DNA of 53,964 nt, filler included, from Catajapyx aquilonaris (Eukaryota): NCBI GenBank assembly GCA_000934665.2. It is 3 parts of 3 records of this genome, joined end to end, with 100 filler letters (N's around TTAATTAATTAA, not from the genome) between each part and the next. Parts side by side here need not be neighbours in the genome. Positions count along the whole stretch, not along the records: positions 36,131 to 53,964 come from JYFJ02006844.1; 2 more parts are not named here. The stretch is one strand, 5' to 3'. The notes below the pieces were generated by a model, which did no database searches, was not told the origin of the DNA, and saw only the letters and a program-made list of their open reading frames with translations. Both the position numbers and the translations under genes were made by a program. Positions 36,131-50,250 of the stretch are shown here, in pieces; the stretch's first letter is position 1; each line of letters opens with the position of its first letter.

Positions 36131-37753
36131 GGTCTTACGTGCGCCTGCCTTGTTTCAGTACTTTTATTCCGCCGCGGAGGTCTTACTTCTCTTTTTTTTA
36201 CTGAAGGGAAAGTTTTTCATCTAATATATAATATAGCAGAACTCTTTGGCACCGATCGGTTTAGCTACAATGACGATGACGTCAAGGGCAATACGATACC
36301 GTATAATTATTATGATCTTAGATCGATCATAGCTCGAAAACTTATACGTATTTCTTCAAACAAAGAACACCAAAATTCATTTAAAAATAAGGGCGATTTT
36401 TTAACATGGGTTTGCAAAGTAGGCTAGGACCCCATTAGCGGTGGCAGATGATTTATGAAAATTTCAATTGGGCTTCGGAGACCAAATCGGTCAAGAAATC
36501 GCCCTAGAATCATTGTGAAACACCCTATACCTATAGTATATGTATACAACAAACTAGCCTGGCTTGGTCTGACGTGTGCCGGCTTTTCACTCCCCTTTTT
36601 TTATATTTAAAAAAAAACCTTCAGGCACAGGAACGAAGCTATCCGAAACACTTTTGGGCTCTGAAAAGAGTCGGAAGTGGTAGTTGACATTGGATACAGG
36701 TGACAGACAGGAGGCAAACGCAGTGCGATCCTGCATGCTATCTTGACGCTATATCAAAGTAGGCTGTCCGGTATGTCCCGTAAAAATGTCCGCGTTATCA
36801 AGCAATTCTGTCAGTCGGGCACAGCCATAACGGAAACTATCGGGTGCACTGATTGACAGAAACCGACGCTTTCAATGTGAGTTGAGCATGAATTGCATGA
36901 ATTTCTCGCCTCGAAGAGACCCATAGTGTCAATGCACCAGCCACGAAGCAGCAGAAAAGCGCACTTCTTCTCGGAGCAAGTGGGTGCTTTAACATGGCAA
37001 AATAGCACCAGCTTAGAAACTTCCAAGTAGCTCTTTTTCGTTCTCCTCTTTTTTCGGCCAAATTCCACCTTTGTTTCAAATAGTCGGTTCGCTCGCTGCG
37101 CCCACCTATTTCACGACCCTTTAGGCCACAGAAAAGTTAACTCTTCGTGTGAGCCCAAGTTTATTGGTGTGGAAAAAAATATGATGTGCGAGAGTCTAAA
37201 ACAGAGGCATTTCCCACCATTGTTTCCGCTCCCAAGTCATTCTGTTGCTATATGCCTCTAGAGCAAGCTAGGTCCCAGGCCTTTCCCATAGGGCGACTAA
37301 ACGAATAGAGAGAGTCGCGTTTTGCCTTTCCTGCACGTCGGAGGTTTTCGCTAATTGCCCGAGTCCTCTTTGAAGTGTTGAGGTGCATCAAGCAAAGCAG
37401 AGAGAGTGTGCTGAAATGCAAAGGCAAGAACCGAAGATAGGTTGGGAAAGTGGATGGTGAAGGGAAGGCGGTGGGGGGAAGACTTGAAGCAATCCGGGCG
37501 TGCGAATTCTCCACTAGTGCAGCCCAGCTTTGTTTGAACAGCGTTAGCTGCACAACCTCCCCAACTTATGTCAACCTCCAAGGTTGCTTTGTGCTTGCTT
37601 CCTGCAAACTGCATCTGGGTACAGGGTGGCGCTACCAAAGTCTAATCGTAGAGACATGTGCCATTATCAATTTATGCTCAGGCTATACATACTCTTTAAT
37701 TCTAAAGCTGGCATATACACCTTGCGGAAACCCCAGAATCCATTGGCACTTAC

Positions 37754-39834
37754 CTGGAACGCTCTCAACGCTAGATGAAGCCTGCGGAACACTTCTGGCT
37801 TCTTCTTCTTCTTATCGAGCATCAAAAGATCATAGTGCTCAATCGCTCGGGTGTGGATGTAGCTGAGACACTGGACTGTTAACGTCTCGCTGATTAAAAA
37901 TATAAAAAATTTTTGTCTTATGTAAGTTAGTAGGTATTATAACTACTCCACTCTTCGCACCTCAACACTGTTAAAATACGGTGCCTCCTACATTTCCTCG
38001 TTCTAATTGTGTCGTGGTCAATAACACCGAAACAAACGACAAAATTTAAGGTGGCATCACCTTCATGAAGCTGAGGCACATGACTAGTAGTGGGGTAGAC
38101 CTATATTCTTAAATACATGCTTCACGGAGGTAACTTTTATAAACACAAGTTTTTTTTGTTTTTTTTTGTTACCCCGTGATAGAGCTCGTGGCCCTCTTAG
38201 GGGGGAAGGGGAAGTTCCCAAGGGAGGGCGCCGTGCGATAGCCATTTTTGACATTCTTTGACACCAGGCCTTTTCTCCTGGCCCCGAGCAGAGAAGGGAG
38301 TGCAATTCTGCTCCGGCATGTCGGGTGAAAAGCGGAAAAAGACCCGGCCAAGCAGAGGTGACGGGGACGGGATTTGAACCCCGGCCTCCCGCTTGGCTGG
38401 CCAGCGGCGTAACCGCTAGACCACCATGCCGCCCCTTTATAAACACAAGTTCATCCATAACATATATGCAATATAATTATAGTCTATATTCGCATAAAAA
38501 ACATAGCGCCACCTTTTCCGCCAACTATTGAGTCAAGAGACACGTTACCGAGTGAGAAAGTAATATCCATAAATACGAATCCTATTACTGCAGAGAGCCA
38601 GATAAATCCAGATGGAGAAATCTGATCACAGTACCAAAAGGGGGCCTAAACTGCTTAGAAGGGCTAACTAGCACTTTGGGTCTCCTTCCGAAGGATAATA
38701 GGCCAACAATTAAGGCGAGATGGCTTCAAAACCCACCGCAGTACAAGTAATGAATTAATTATGGACTCTTCTCTGGAATCTCAATTCGGACATTGCCGTC
38801 GGCGCAAATTCTTTTCCGCACAAAGAAGAATAGGAGAAACGAAGGAGTTGAAGAATTTCTAAACTTTGCATTCGGCTCAAAAAAAATTAGGGAGATAAAA
38901 AAGACGGGACTCTTTCATAGAATCGCCAGACGAAACACAGAAAGAGAGAGAAATTAATTTTCTTTCATCCAGAACTTACCTGATCGCTTTCGCTTGAAAT
39001 TTGTATGCTCGGTTGAATCCCATGAAAAAATGAATCATCCACATGTAATAACTATCGTCATGCGGCTCCGACTGACCCCGGTCCAGTTGGCGCTATAAAT
39101 AAAATACCATACACTTATCAACAGTTTGTCCAACGGAGCTTATTAACCCTTTAATTGGCAAACTTGGAAAGGACATTAGTAAAATTATGGCAATTGTATT
39201 TCTCTACTAAAATAATTGATACGATATGCTGCAATCGACGAATTGCGTTTTTATTGTTGCTTTCCATGTTTTTCGCTGACGAAAAAGGGTCAACAGTGCA
39301 CTTGGTGATGAAAGCATGAAATTTTGTAGTCTGAATGTCCTTGGGACAGTACTCTTCAAATCCAGATATGGCGCAATCCCGTTTTCGCCCCGGAGGCCCG
39401 TAATTGCGGGTTGGCTACCCTTCAGCAAGTGAAAAGTCTTTTTCAAGTCGCTGTATATCTTAGCTCCGAAAATATGGACTGTACGTGGAAAAAATACTCT
39501 TTACTTTTTGTAGCATACACTCTCCTCTACAACCTTTGTTTGGCACCTATTCGCCCGAGAAGCGTAGGGCGACACGGTGGCCGAGTGGTTAGCGCCACAG
39601 CCTTCCACCTCGGAGGTCCCGAGTTCGATCCCCGGGTCGGACGGAGGATACTTATGTGGATCGAGTTTCGGTGGGTTCTCTCCGTGTTCGCGTGGGTTTT
39701 CTCGGGGTCTCCCATTTCCTCCCACAATCAAAATCCATCACAGCAAGGCAATGATTAAAGTCGGTCAATTAAAAAGATGATCCACTAAAAAGCCCAAGGA
39801 GGCTTATCACAGGGTATCAATAATAATAATAATA

Positions 39835-39883
<49 letters not shown>

Positions 39884-42800
39884 GCCCGAGAAGCACAGTT
39901 AGCTCAGAAAAAGACTTTTCACTCGCTTCAGAGCATCCAACCAGCCTACGGGGCGAAAACGGGCGTGGCGCCCGGATTTGAAGAGTATGGTCCCAAGGAC
40001 ATTTGTACCAAATTTCATGCTTTCATCAGTATCATCACCAAATGGACAGTTAGTCCCTTTACGTCCTGACTATACCCTTGATTTGGCAATGTATCTCCTG
40101 GGATACGTATATGTTAATTGCCAACTATTACGCTCGTAATATTCGTTTTATGAGAACTGAGAAGCTGGTCTAATCACATGCTTCTTGCACTCACTGGAGC
40201 TTTTTTTTTTGTCTCTCAAAATCATGTCACGGCAATAAAAATTATCATTTTCCTTAGCGGCGGCGCGCCAACCTCTTTCGTAGCAGGCGCCATGTTGGAT
40301 TCATATTTTTCCTCATGGTGCAGGCTTTTCCCAACAGATGGCGAAGCACACTTATAAGTTGATAGAGGTTGTATCCCAGAATATACACCATCCATTTTCG
40401 CGCACTTTCTCTCTAGCAGGCCCGTTAAAAATGTACCTCCAGAGATACATTGCCAATTAAAGGGTTAAATCAATTATTATCAAAGGCTTAATTATCACGA
40501 TAACAACACACATACATAAATACACTGGCAACTGAAAAACAAGTGTTTCCATTGCCAATTAAACTCCGTTATTATATTACAATCCATGCAATTATTTTCA
40601 TCTGCATCCCTTCTTTAGAAAGCTCCCATCGCATCTCTGGCACACAACCTGCAAGAGGTGTGGCTGACCTCGTACCTGTGCGTGGAAAAGGGCCAGGCTT
40701 TTCTGCTCCAGCACACCAAAAACCTGTGGCAAGCATAATTAGCACCAAAGGTGCCCCCACATCATATAACTGTCATCCGCAACAGCGCAAGTTGTCAACC
40801 TGCCACAGTGTGTGTTTTCCCGTTACTCTTTTTTCCCCTGGAATGCTGCATAAAGCAGGTAAATCCGCAAGCATTTTTTTTTCACGCTCGCAACGGGTTA
40901 GAACCATGTCCTCCCATATGTGGACATAATTCTTTTTTGTCGACATCCCACTAAACTACTCGAAAAACTCGTTTCACATCTTCGTTTCAAATATAGCTTA
41001 TAAAAAGAACTTTTTGATTGTATCCTGCGATCAAAAGAACTGAAATGAGCCTCCCCTTTTCCTCCCCTTTCACGAAGGTATTTCAATCTCTTTGTTACGT
41101 GGAAGCCAATATGCCGCAAATCTGCCCCAGGCAACATTGCCCCCACCTTTAGTAGCCAGTAATGCCTTATTACCTCCACGAGGTACAAATGCTCCATCAC
41201 GATGTCTCGCAAAAACCTAGCAGTCGAGTTACCTGAAGGTGTCCAATAAGCTTTTTTTCCTGCTACTAGAAGCTGGGGGAGGTGTCCCTGATTCAGGGGA
41301 AATCAGCCGGAAAATAGATTCGATTTTGAGCACGCCATCCTTCCGCTTCTTCGTGATACCGACACTTCTTCTCTTCTTCTTCTTCTTCTTTTTTTGACGG
41401 AGGTCGGGGGATTCTTTTCTTCCCACCCCTTCGAATATAGCGAATTTTTCTTACGCTCTTGTGATCAAGACGCGTCCTTACCTATGAGCCGATCGTTGTA
41501 AATCCCGGACTCTACTGCTTTTCCTTTACAACTATCACATCCGAAAATCAATTCCGACAGAAAGGGATTATGCCGTCTCACCGCCCGCACAGAATATTAG
41601 GGGATCGTAACTAATCGTAATGTCAAGCGGTATTACATTCTTTCGCATTCTGCATCCTGCGAGTGGGACTCGGGCCGCTGCAGCCAGCCAATTTCGCAAC
41701 GTTAAATATGAGAGTCATAAAGGTAAAATTCTGAGGCTCACGAACTTACACTCACAATTTGATTTTATTAATGGGCGAATATCACGTCACGAAACTATTT
41801 AAAATATGTTCTGCAATTCGGATTAATTTAAAAGGATTAACCGAATTGCACGTGGCATCCATCCATCTGTACAGGTTACGTGCAGATTTCTCAAGACATC
41901 CACGAGGTTCCTGCGGTGCCTAAAGGAGAGATCAAAGTTGGGGGAGCATCGAAGCGCGTAATACCGTCACCTGCGTGAGGCTGAATCACCTCCTAGTGTT
42001 CAAAAAAGTGCAAAAAAAAGTAACGATCCGGCTTCTTTAGCATAATAATTATTCACAAGAAGCTTCATTTTAAGAAACACGAAGTTCATCCCGCTAAAAA
42101 CAGCTACCATGTTAGAATTATTCCATAATGCATCAGCCACATGCATATACATGCAGCTTATCAAGGTGGAAATTAATTCTACCTTCGCCACAAACTCTTT
42201 TTCTCCCCACCATCCCTGATGGCTCATCTTAATGAAACTTTTCCGTGCAGCTTGAAAGATAAAATTTTTTCGGAATTCTCATTAGGAGAGCTTTTTTTCA
42301 TAACGTAAGAAAAGGAATAATACAAAATATTCCTACCTTGATGCGTTTCATCATCACGTTGTAACAATTCAAAACCTCCAGACAGAAGTTCTTCAGGAAT
42401 AAGCGTGTACCCAATGTAGAACTGTGGGCTGCATTCACATCTTTCATTGGGACTTTGTTCTTTGGCACCCTCTTTGGGCCCTAAAATAAGATGCAAAATA
42501 ACACATTTCAGCAGCGTTATCAGTGTGTTTCACATCAACATGCAACAAAATAGTCATTCTTATTGACACTAGTAACAAACTCTCTCTCCCTCCCGCCCTC
42601 CCTCCACCCCCTCCCCCTAAATTAATGTTTAAGGACCTTCTTATAGACGGTCATTCAAAGAGATGAAGCTAATTCCTCTGGAGGCAGCTGTTTTATTTAA
42701 AGGTGTAGGCGGACTCCTCATCAGGATGCCTTTACCATCAGCGTCACACAAAGTGCCTTAGCTTCTTCTCCGATACTACTGTAGGGCAAAACAGTCGAAG

Positions 42801-45709
42801 AAAACTTACCTTGCTACTCCCAATGGATAAGGCCGTGGGTTCGGTGAGGGGCTTGTGGTAAACCACATCTCGATCTCCGATCGCCTGCACCCCTTTCACC
42901 CGATACGATCCTCCGAACCTAGAATGTCTATGGGAGAGAAATGACACGCATGACATGCCATTTTGAAGGATCAGTGTCAATATGAAATCATCACAAAAGC
43001 CAAAAATGAGGGGGGGGGGGGCATATTTGGCCTGGACAAGTATCAAAGCTGTGCATAGTGATGCGGTGAGTGGGACGACGAAGGTCATTTTCACCCGGTG
43101 AGTGACCACGCCTGATTGCGGCTTGATTGGTGCAGGCCTCATAAACCAGCCCTCCAAATTAATGAAATCATGCAGCCCAGGCCGTGCGTAGTGGTGCGTT
43201 TGTGCTGGAAATAATAACGGTGGAAGGGCCAACCAAAGGCTATTTGACGCCGGATGGTATAAAAATGTTGCATCCACTTCACTCATTGAGAAGAGCTTCA
43301 TGCTTGTCCACTATCTTGCGTAGATCCCTCTCCCTAACTCGAAATCTACATCCCACCCCAGCTTCGCCCACAGAATATACGTGCACAAACACGTCCGTTC
43401 CCCTTTCCCCCACACCCAACCCGCGTTGGATTGTGGGGAAACCTGCTTGCACAATGTACGATATGAATGCAAACAATCGGCGTGTATCGACTGGGCGGAA
43501 AACCCATTACACATCCTCCCCCTCCAGCTCCCCATTGCCAAATGTTGGGGAAACATGAGCCAGAGGTTTCCGCTTACACTCTGCAAGTTTCATGCAGGTC
43601 AACTTGCAAGGTGCACATATGCAGTGTATGTCTAATTGTGCGGTTTTGCCTTCCGGGGTTAAAACGCATTCCATAAATAACGCTCGTTTAGAAGCCAAAA
43701 AGTCAGGATTGCCATTCGTGTTAAGATACTAAGGTCCATGAAGCTCTGGGGAACGCTAGGAAACAATCGTAAATCAATTTATCTCCGGCGGAGTTGAGGG
43801 AGGGGAAAACAGGCTGTGCTCTACCGTACTCTATTCCAACTTGAAATTGCCGGGGCTCCCCCTCCCCTCTTTTACCCCCGGATTTATTTTGCAAATCTCG
43901 TCAATTACGTTGCACAATGTTCAGAATCCGTTTCGCAGCGCCCGGCCTCACATAACTGAGACCTAACTGGGCAAGACACGTTTGTAACAAAATGAGCCAG
44001 CCTTTTGTAGTGCGTTCGTAAGCGCCGGTAATTTCCAGCATCTAGCTATACGATGTCATGCCATCAGAATTAACTCCGCATTCCCCGCAAAACAATACTG
44101 CTTCAACTGCCCATACGCATACAGTCCGTTTGGCAGCACAACCTACCGGTGACGATTTCACATATAATTATTCAAGTCATTCGATACCTTGTGTGATCAT
44201 TCAGAGCATTTGCATCGAGTTACCCCCATAGCTCATCCAGGGGTAATTAAGCGACGATAATGAGTGAGCCGAGAGAACAGGCCGGGCTTGCCATGCAGGA
44301 ATCAACCGGCAGGGTCCAAGTGCGTAGCCATCAAATTGGAAAGGATGTTGTTCCTAATCCACAGGATCGCCCATGCACATTTGGAAAATACATGAGCACT
44401 CCTCAATTTTTATTTACGTAAACAATTAGGGCCGTAACCAACCTCTTCGCCAGTAAGGCTGGGTTGCATAAACGATAAACGGGGTAAACCCTGAACATGT
44501 AGTTAATGATATACTAATAACATGGGATCGACCACTCGTTCTGGGTTTATCACATGCATGCAACCGGTCGTACGACATGTCAGGGATGATCCTTGGAAAA
44601 GGTACTCGTATATGCAGGAGGGAGACTGTGCTTACCTGGAACTGACGAAAGTCTTCCCCTTAGCCTTCTTGCGCAACAGCTCCTTTGCCCTCTCACGGCA
44701 TAGAGCCCGCTCAGCCTGGAGCCTCTGCTCATTCTTTTCGCGGATGTCAATCGCCGCCAAAGTAGACGGACTGAAGTCTCGCAGGATTAAAGATATGATC
44801 TGTAACGACAATTGACAGTAACCCTTCATGAAATTAATTCCAGCCAGATGTTTTGGCCATACAGGCCTGGCCTGGCTACGTTTGCCGCGCCGTTCAACTC
44901 GTGCTTCACTATTACACGGTACTGTCTGGATCTGATGCAGGCACTCCGCTGTTTTTAAAATGTTTGTTTCCATCATTTTTCATTTTCTCTGTGACCACCA
45001 TTATGGAATATGGAGATTAACGGGCTCCAAAATGCAAACTTGCTGGAAAGCTCGTGCTACGCTACTTTTCACATTCCACAGGAATCTTCAGTGGGTACTT
45101 CCTACTATACTCTACCCCAAGTGCCGGTCTTGAGTATATGGGGCTCAACAAATTGTGTGCTATTGCACTGCCAAATCATCTCACGTTGCCTAAGTTGGCC
45201 ACAGTACAAATAAGGCATACTACTTGCTTAAATCCCCGTTCAAAACTTATAGCCGAGAAGGAAACAATTCGGCTAACATGGCTATTCCTCGTATGGTCGT
45301 AATATCTAGCAAGCCGCCAGATAGCAGGGCATAGCAATCGCGTGATGCCTACGCGAGAAAGTGAAACTAGATTTTTCACCAAATGGGACTAATAAAAAAT
45401 AATTAACTCATTTGCATGCATAGTACAGTACAGTCCGACAAACTGTCCCGGGAGTACACGGTTGATTATCATTCATATCCACTGTACAGTACTGTACTGT
45501 ACATGAAAATAAAGCCTCTTCAACTCGCATACCGTTGAGTTATTATTTGCTAATTACAACAGTAGGCTCAGTAAACATTACTCTCATCAAGTAAGTGAAT
45601 GAGCAGCACTTACCTCAGCTGCAAACAAGGAATACTCCTCCTCTCGTTCGGAGTTGATGAGGTAGAGGATGACATTGTTCATCCCGCTCTCTTCCAGACA
45701 CCATAAAAG
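37754..45709 (-). CDS. timeout: Timeout / mammalian-type TIMELESS (TIM2), six internal exons (257 aa, partial)
   Basis: Exons 45709-45614, 44799-44636, 42927-42810, 42480-42337, 39092-38980, 37889-37754, all AG/GT-bounded and phase-compatible. LLWCLEESGMNNVILYL..EIISLILRDFSPSTLA..RHSRFGGSYRVKGVQAIGDRDVVYHK..PKRVPK..RLFLKNFCLEVLNCYN..HDDSYYMWMIHFFMGFNRA..SETL..RRLHLALRAFQ is colinear with recalled human TIMELESS. Confidence 0.93.
38152..38435 (-). mobile_element. tRNA-derived SINE in a timeout intron
   Basis: Minus strand GGGGCGGCATGGTGGTCTAGCGGTTA..GGTTCAAATCCC with an A-rich tail. 16-bp TSD TTTATAAACACAAGTT at 38136-38151 and 38436-38451. Confidence 0.9.
39272..40072. mobile_element. Diverged long-TIR foldback DNA element nested in the piggyBac-like element
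   Basis: ~39278-39450 is the imperfect reverse complement of ~39900-40065 (GATGAAAGCATGAAATTT/AAATTTCATGCTTTCATC; GTCCTTGGGAC/GTCCCAAGGAC; GTGAAAAGTCTTTTTC/GAAAAAGACTTTTCAC). Confidence 0.7.
39564..39878 (+). mobile_element. tRNA-derived SINE with V/Meta-like central domain
   Basis: A-box GGTGGCCGAGTGGTTAG, B-box AGTTCGATCCC, central GTTCTCTCCGTGTTCGCGTGGGTTTTCTCGGGGTCTCCCATTTCCTCCCACA, (AAT)/(ATT) tail. 16-bp TSD TATTCGCCCGAGAAGC at 39548-39563 and 39879-39894. Confidence 0.92.
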
Positions 45710-48700
45710 CTGCAAAGTATGTCAAACAATACCAATTATTATACACTACATAATATAGTGTATACAGTATCACAAACTTCACACTGAGTTCCATCATTCA
45801 TGTTCATATAACCCAGGTAGTTCCTTCCCGTGAAAAGCACTCATAAATAGGTCAAAGTGTCACAATCACAATACCGTAATTCATAACCATAAGATCGTAT
45901 AATAGGCCTGATCTAACATCTAACTCCTTTTTACCCACTCTCTAGAGTTTTATTTATTTCCTTCTTAATTCTTTTAAGACAATGGCGTCTTCAAGGGGTT
46001 GGAAATATATGATTGTACAGTACGTACTATGTGCACCTCACACCATTCATGCAAGCCTAAAAACTTCATTCAGAGCTAACGTAGTACTCGTTAATTCACA
46101 CTCTGAGGTCGTTAATCATTGCAAACCTGACGACCTTTTTTTACTCCTCCACGAGCGCGAAAGGCTAATGAAACAAAAAAAGCTGCAAGACTTTTGATTT
46201 CTTCCGGAATCTCAAATTAAAGATGGCCATACTGATGAAATCGCTTCGACATTTCCCATGTTTCCGTAGAGCCCGGGAGAAAATTGGTGAAAATTGCTCA
46301 TTCGATTGGGTCTTAAAAACTTACGCCGAACTTGGAAAAAAAGAACCTGTAAAAGGCGGTACTTTTAGCGCCAGATTCCCCTCCGCCAGAAAAGCTCCGG
46401 AAATGCTTCGAAAATTATTTATCACTTTTCACTCCCAATTCATCTGCCCATAAGAAACGCTCACCTTAAGTGCAACAGTTACACCTTACGTAAGCGACTT
46501 GAATCTCATAACCTTTACCTTCATTACGTGACACATCTGACAAGCGGAAAAAAGGTACTCGATGATAGTTTTACGTCCCCATTATTTCCAAGGGCCGCTT
46601 CATTTTTTAACAAATAATATTCTGGCAAAATGCTAATCCAGCACAGGGCTTGCATAGTTAGTGGGCTTTCAAATGGCCTTGCTTATGGACTATAAGCCCA
46701 AGTTGGCTACATGAAGCTGGGGTAGGGGGGTGCACAATAAAATAGGAGTCGGCGAGGCTTTGCATTCCGGGGCTCCAGAGCTCTTCATTTACCATCGGTC
46801 CATTTAGGTTTGGCTCGACCTTATATTTAGTCCAACTTTGCAAAGTATCCTCGTAAATATACAACTGCAACGGTGATGAAAACAGATGATCTTCTCACGC
46901 GGCCTTATTTTACGAGCTGCCGGCGAACCCAAATCGTATGGAGGAAGGCGGGGATGGGGGGAATGGGCGGGTAGGAGGGAGGTTTTCATTTTTGGTCCAT
47001 GTCCCCGCCTCGCCAGTTTTTGCTTTTCGAGGACAAATCGTGAATTTTAGCTGCCTCCGGGGCGGCTTGAATTTTATAAAGGAGGTCAGCGCACAATCCT
47101 AGCGTGCGGAGAATAGCAACAAAGCCGCAACAATACCCCGAGTGTACCATGGTATTGCAGCCGAATTACTATACTTCCCCACAATAACTTTGGACTTGCT
47201 CAGAGCCGCCCTCAATTATCGCCCTGTTCATTAGCCACCAACCCCCAGCAGCAGTACTCAAAAAATGGCAAAATTTGGGCCAGAAATATGGCTCACACAA
47301 GGTCGAAAATTTAATGAGCTTAACGATCGGCCACAAAAAGGGGACCGATGGAGGAAAACAGCCGCATGGCTTCAATAGATTAGATTATTATGAGAGGTTT
47401 GTGCCCATCTCCACAAATTGCTTAGCTTCAACTCCGCTCCACCAAACTATTGGATTTCACATTACTTTCGGGGCAATGATTTCTCCATAACTCCAGAGGG
47501 CGGAAGGATATGGATACCATATCCGACCCCGCGTATTAAATAATAAATAAAACATGGCACCCAAGCCACAGTTCCAAAGGCGACTGCCAATATTTCCCTA
47601 ACGTACTACGCCATGAAGGCGTAAGTGTGAATGATTTACTGGCAGGAGGCGCCGTAAAAGCCGTCCACGTGACATCCCGCTGTTCCTGAAAGCCCATTGA
47701 AATGCAGCCCAAAACAGGAACCAAAACTGTCCTCACGCGTCATAAACCGATGCAAATTCTCCAGGACACCCAGTAGGTCGACACTGAACTGGCCGAATCG
47801 CTGGCCACAATTAGGGTCAAGTGACGTCACGTCTTGTCAGCGCCCATGTCACGGAATGGCAACAAAAATGACCATCACACAGGCCAGAGCACGGTGCCAA
47901 ATAGAAATCAATAATTATTCTCCGGGCAGAAGATTATATTTCCTAATTGACATTTACGCACCGTCACACCCATTTCTCCTGGGGATATTGGAAAACGTAC
48001 TCGAACACAAATTAATCGACCAATGGGCGTCATTCACGCGGAATCTGAATCGCATCCTGCCACCAGCAGCATCCGCCCCTAAAACACCTCTCTTTTTTAC
48101 CAATTATTTTGTCCCGGACGACTAATCAGGGCTATCCCTACCCACCAAACCCCTCGCCGGAAAATGGACATTGGGATTACTCATTACTGTTTACCCAGCG
48201 GCAGACGAGGGGCAACGACTGGCTGCAAGTGTTGCAAAGCCAACTTCATCACACCAGCTGATTCTCAGATTGCGGATCAATCAAGATCACACAAATCGAG
48301 ACTTTCAACGCCAGACCTCAACTTCTCGCCAACTCTCTCATATCAACGTGTCATACGCACACCCCACAACGTCAGCACCCTTAACAATGCAGCCTATGCA
48401 TTTTAACATCCACACACAAATTCGCAGAAAATAAGGTTCGGAGTCGACCAACTGCCCAATGTGTCGCATGTTTATCCTGGAATTCAGGCTTGGGAACTAT
48501 AAGAACCTATCAGACGCAGGGTACAGTACATGCCCGCTACTTGCATCGGTGTTCTTTCGGGAATATTCGTACAGCCATTGAAATCTGCTTGTAGGAGCTT
48601 GTTGGTATGATGAACAACGCTACCAACTTTCGGACAAACATTACAAGTCTTTTGTTTCGCTCGAAATTGGCTGCTTTCGCAATGTTGCCACAGCAAGGTG

Positions 48701-49874
48701 CACAGTACTGTACAACACAGCCTAATATCGCAGGCCCCGCCTTTCTGCGATAATAATAATGCAGGAAATTTGAATGCTTCTTTTCAAGATGTGTTTTTTT
48801 TTTTTAATTATTATTATAGCTTCATATTACCTGCCCAATGATGCATATGAAGCACAGTAGGGCAACGAACAAAAATCCTTCTGTCCCTTAACCGACAGCG
48901 GTAAAAGTTTGGCGGTCAATTCCAGGATGATTTCTCTCAAAATGGCGAGTCCTTGTATCGTTTTGTGGCGTACAAAAAGTTGGCTGCCAGCATTGGCCAG
49001 AGAATAGTGCTGGAAATGCCTCTGTGGTGCCAAAACACTAGGTCCCATCTTACAACCAAGAACAGACACTCAGCACTACCGTCCATTGCCTGCAGTGTGC
49101 CAGAAGTTCTTGCCCTGACCCACAAACATATAGGTTATGTTTCTTCTAGAAAATTATATCGTCCCATTGAATGCGTAATAAATATGCCTGGACAGATGTA
49201 GTGTAATATTATATTCAACATTTCTACCATTTGGACTAAAAAAATTTAGATACCATATCCCAATTTCGGACAATCTGGCAACATGTAGACCGATGTAGAC
49301 ACACTGTATTCTTGACAAAGGCAAGCTTATCTCTCCTGCATACTTAAAAAAAAATCTTAGTCCATGCCATCCGCTTTGCCAGCCAACCTATAAGAATGCA
49401 CATGCCAAAGATAGTCTCCACAGCTTGCAGCTTGTTTACTGTTAGTGGTCATCGTACCAGTTTCTGGCATAACTTAATGTATACAGTACTGCGAGTAAAC
49501 ACATAAAGCCACTGATTAGGCTTCCTACCACACACTATAATCATGGCATGGCAGTGCCAAGAGAGATAAATTATGATCCGATAACTATATCACAGTGTGT
49601 AATTAAAGATGAAACTTTACGCCACTTCTACGGTGCTGGTTACGATCCGGTTGACCTTCCGCGAATTCCAACATAAGTCATTGGTTTGTGGAGATATTCA
49701 GGCCCGGTTGTACGGGTGAAAATTAGAGAAACTGTACAAGTGTACAGAATAGGTAGTCACAATATACATAATCTGATATTCCCCTTTAATTTGCATTAGT
49801 ACAACTGACCCTCTGTTAGACAAAAGGCACGTGTCTTTCGCTGTAGCTGTAAACGACATTATTCATGACCAACA

Positions 49875-50190
49875 GGGGAGGCGAAGTGGTGCTGCGGTAA
49901 CGTACGCGCCCACGGATGTTAAGGTCCCGGGTTCGATCCCAACCCGGGGACACCCCCTTCATCGGGTCACCTCTGGCTTCGTCTCGGGTGGTATTTCCTA
50001 CAGACTAAACCACCCGGGGGAGTTCACTAAAAATGGCCACATAAAGACATTGCACTGCACCTTGCACATCCCCTCCTGTCATCCTGCCCGTGGGCCCGGG
50101 CGTTACGTATAAAGGCTCCAATGTACACGACAAAAATAAATAAAGGTCCGTGCGACATACCTCTGATGAGGTCAGCACTACCCCGGATTA

Positions 50191-50242
<52 letters not shown>
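49875..50242 (+). mobile_element. tRNA-derived SINE (same family as 34580) with (ATT)n tail
   Basis: B-box GGTTCGATCCC. TSD ATTATTCATGACCAACA at 49858-49874 and 50243-50259. Shares its body with 34580-34921. Confidence 0.9.

Positions 50243-50250
<8 letters not shown>

Larger units (their letters stand above)
39147..40464. mobile_element. piggyBac-like non-autonomous element with nested insertions
   Basis: 15-bp TIR CCCTTTAATTGGCAA / TTGCCAATTAAAGGG, with TTAA at 39143-39146 and 40465-40468. A second, diverged left-end copy starts at 40075. Confidence 0.75.

Noticed and set aside
41174..41216. FLRDIVMEHLYL resembling TIMELESS FLRDLVETTHLFL
   Set aside because: Out of exon order, poor acceptor and short. 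Treated as chance similarity.
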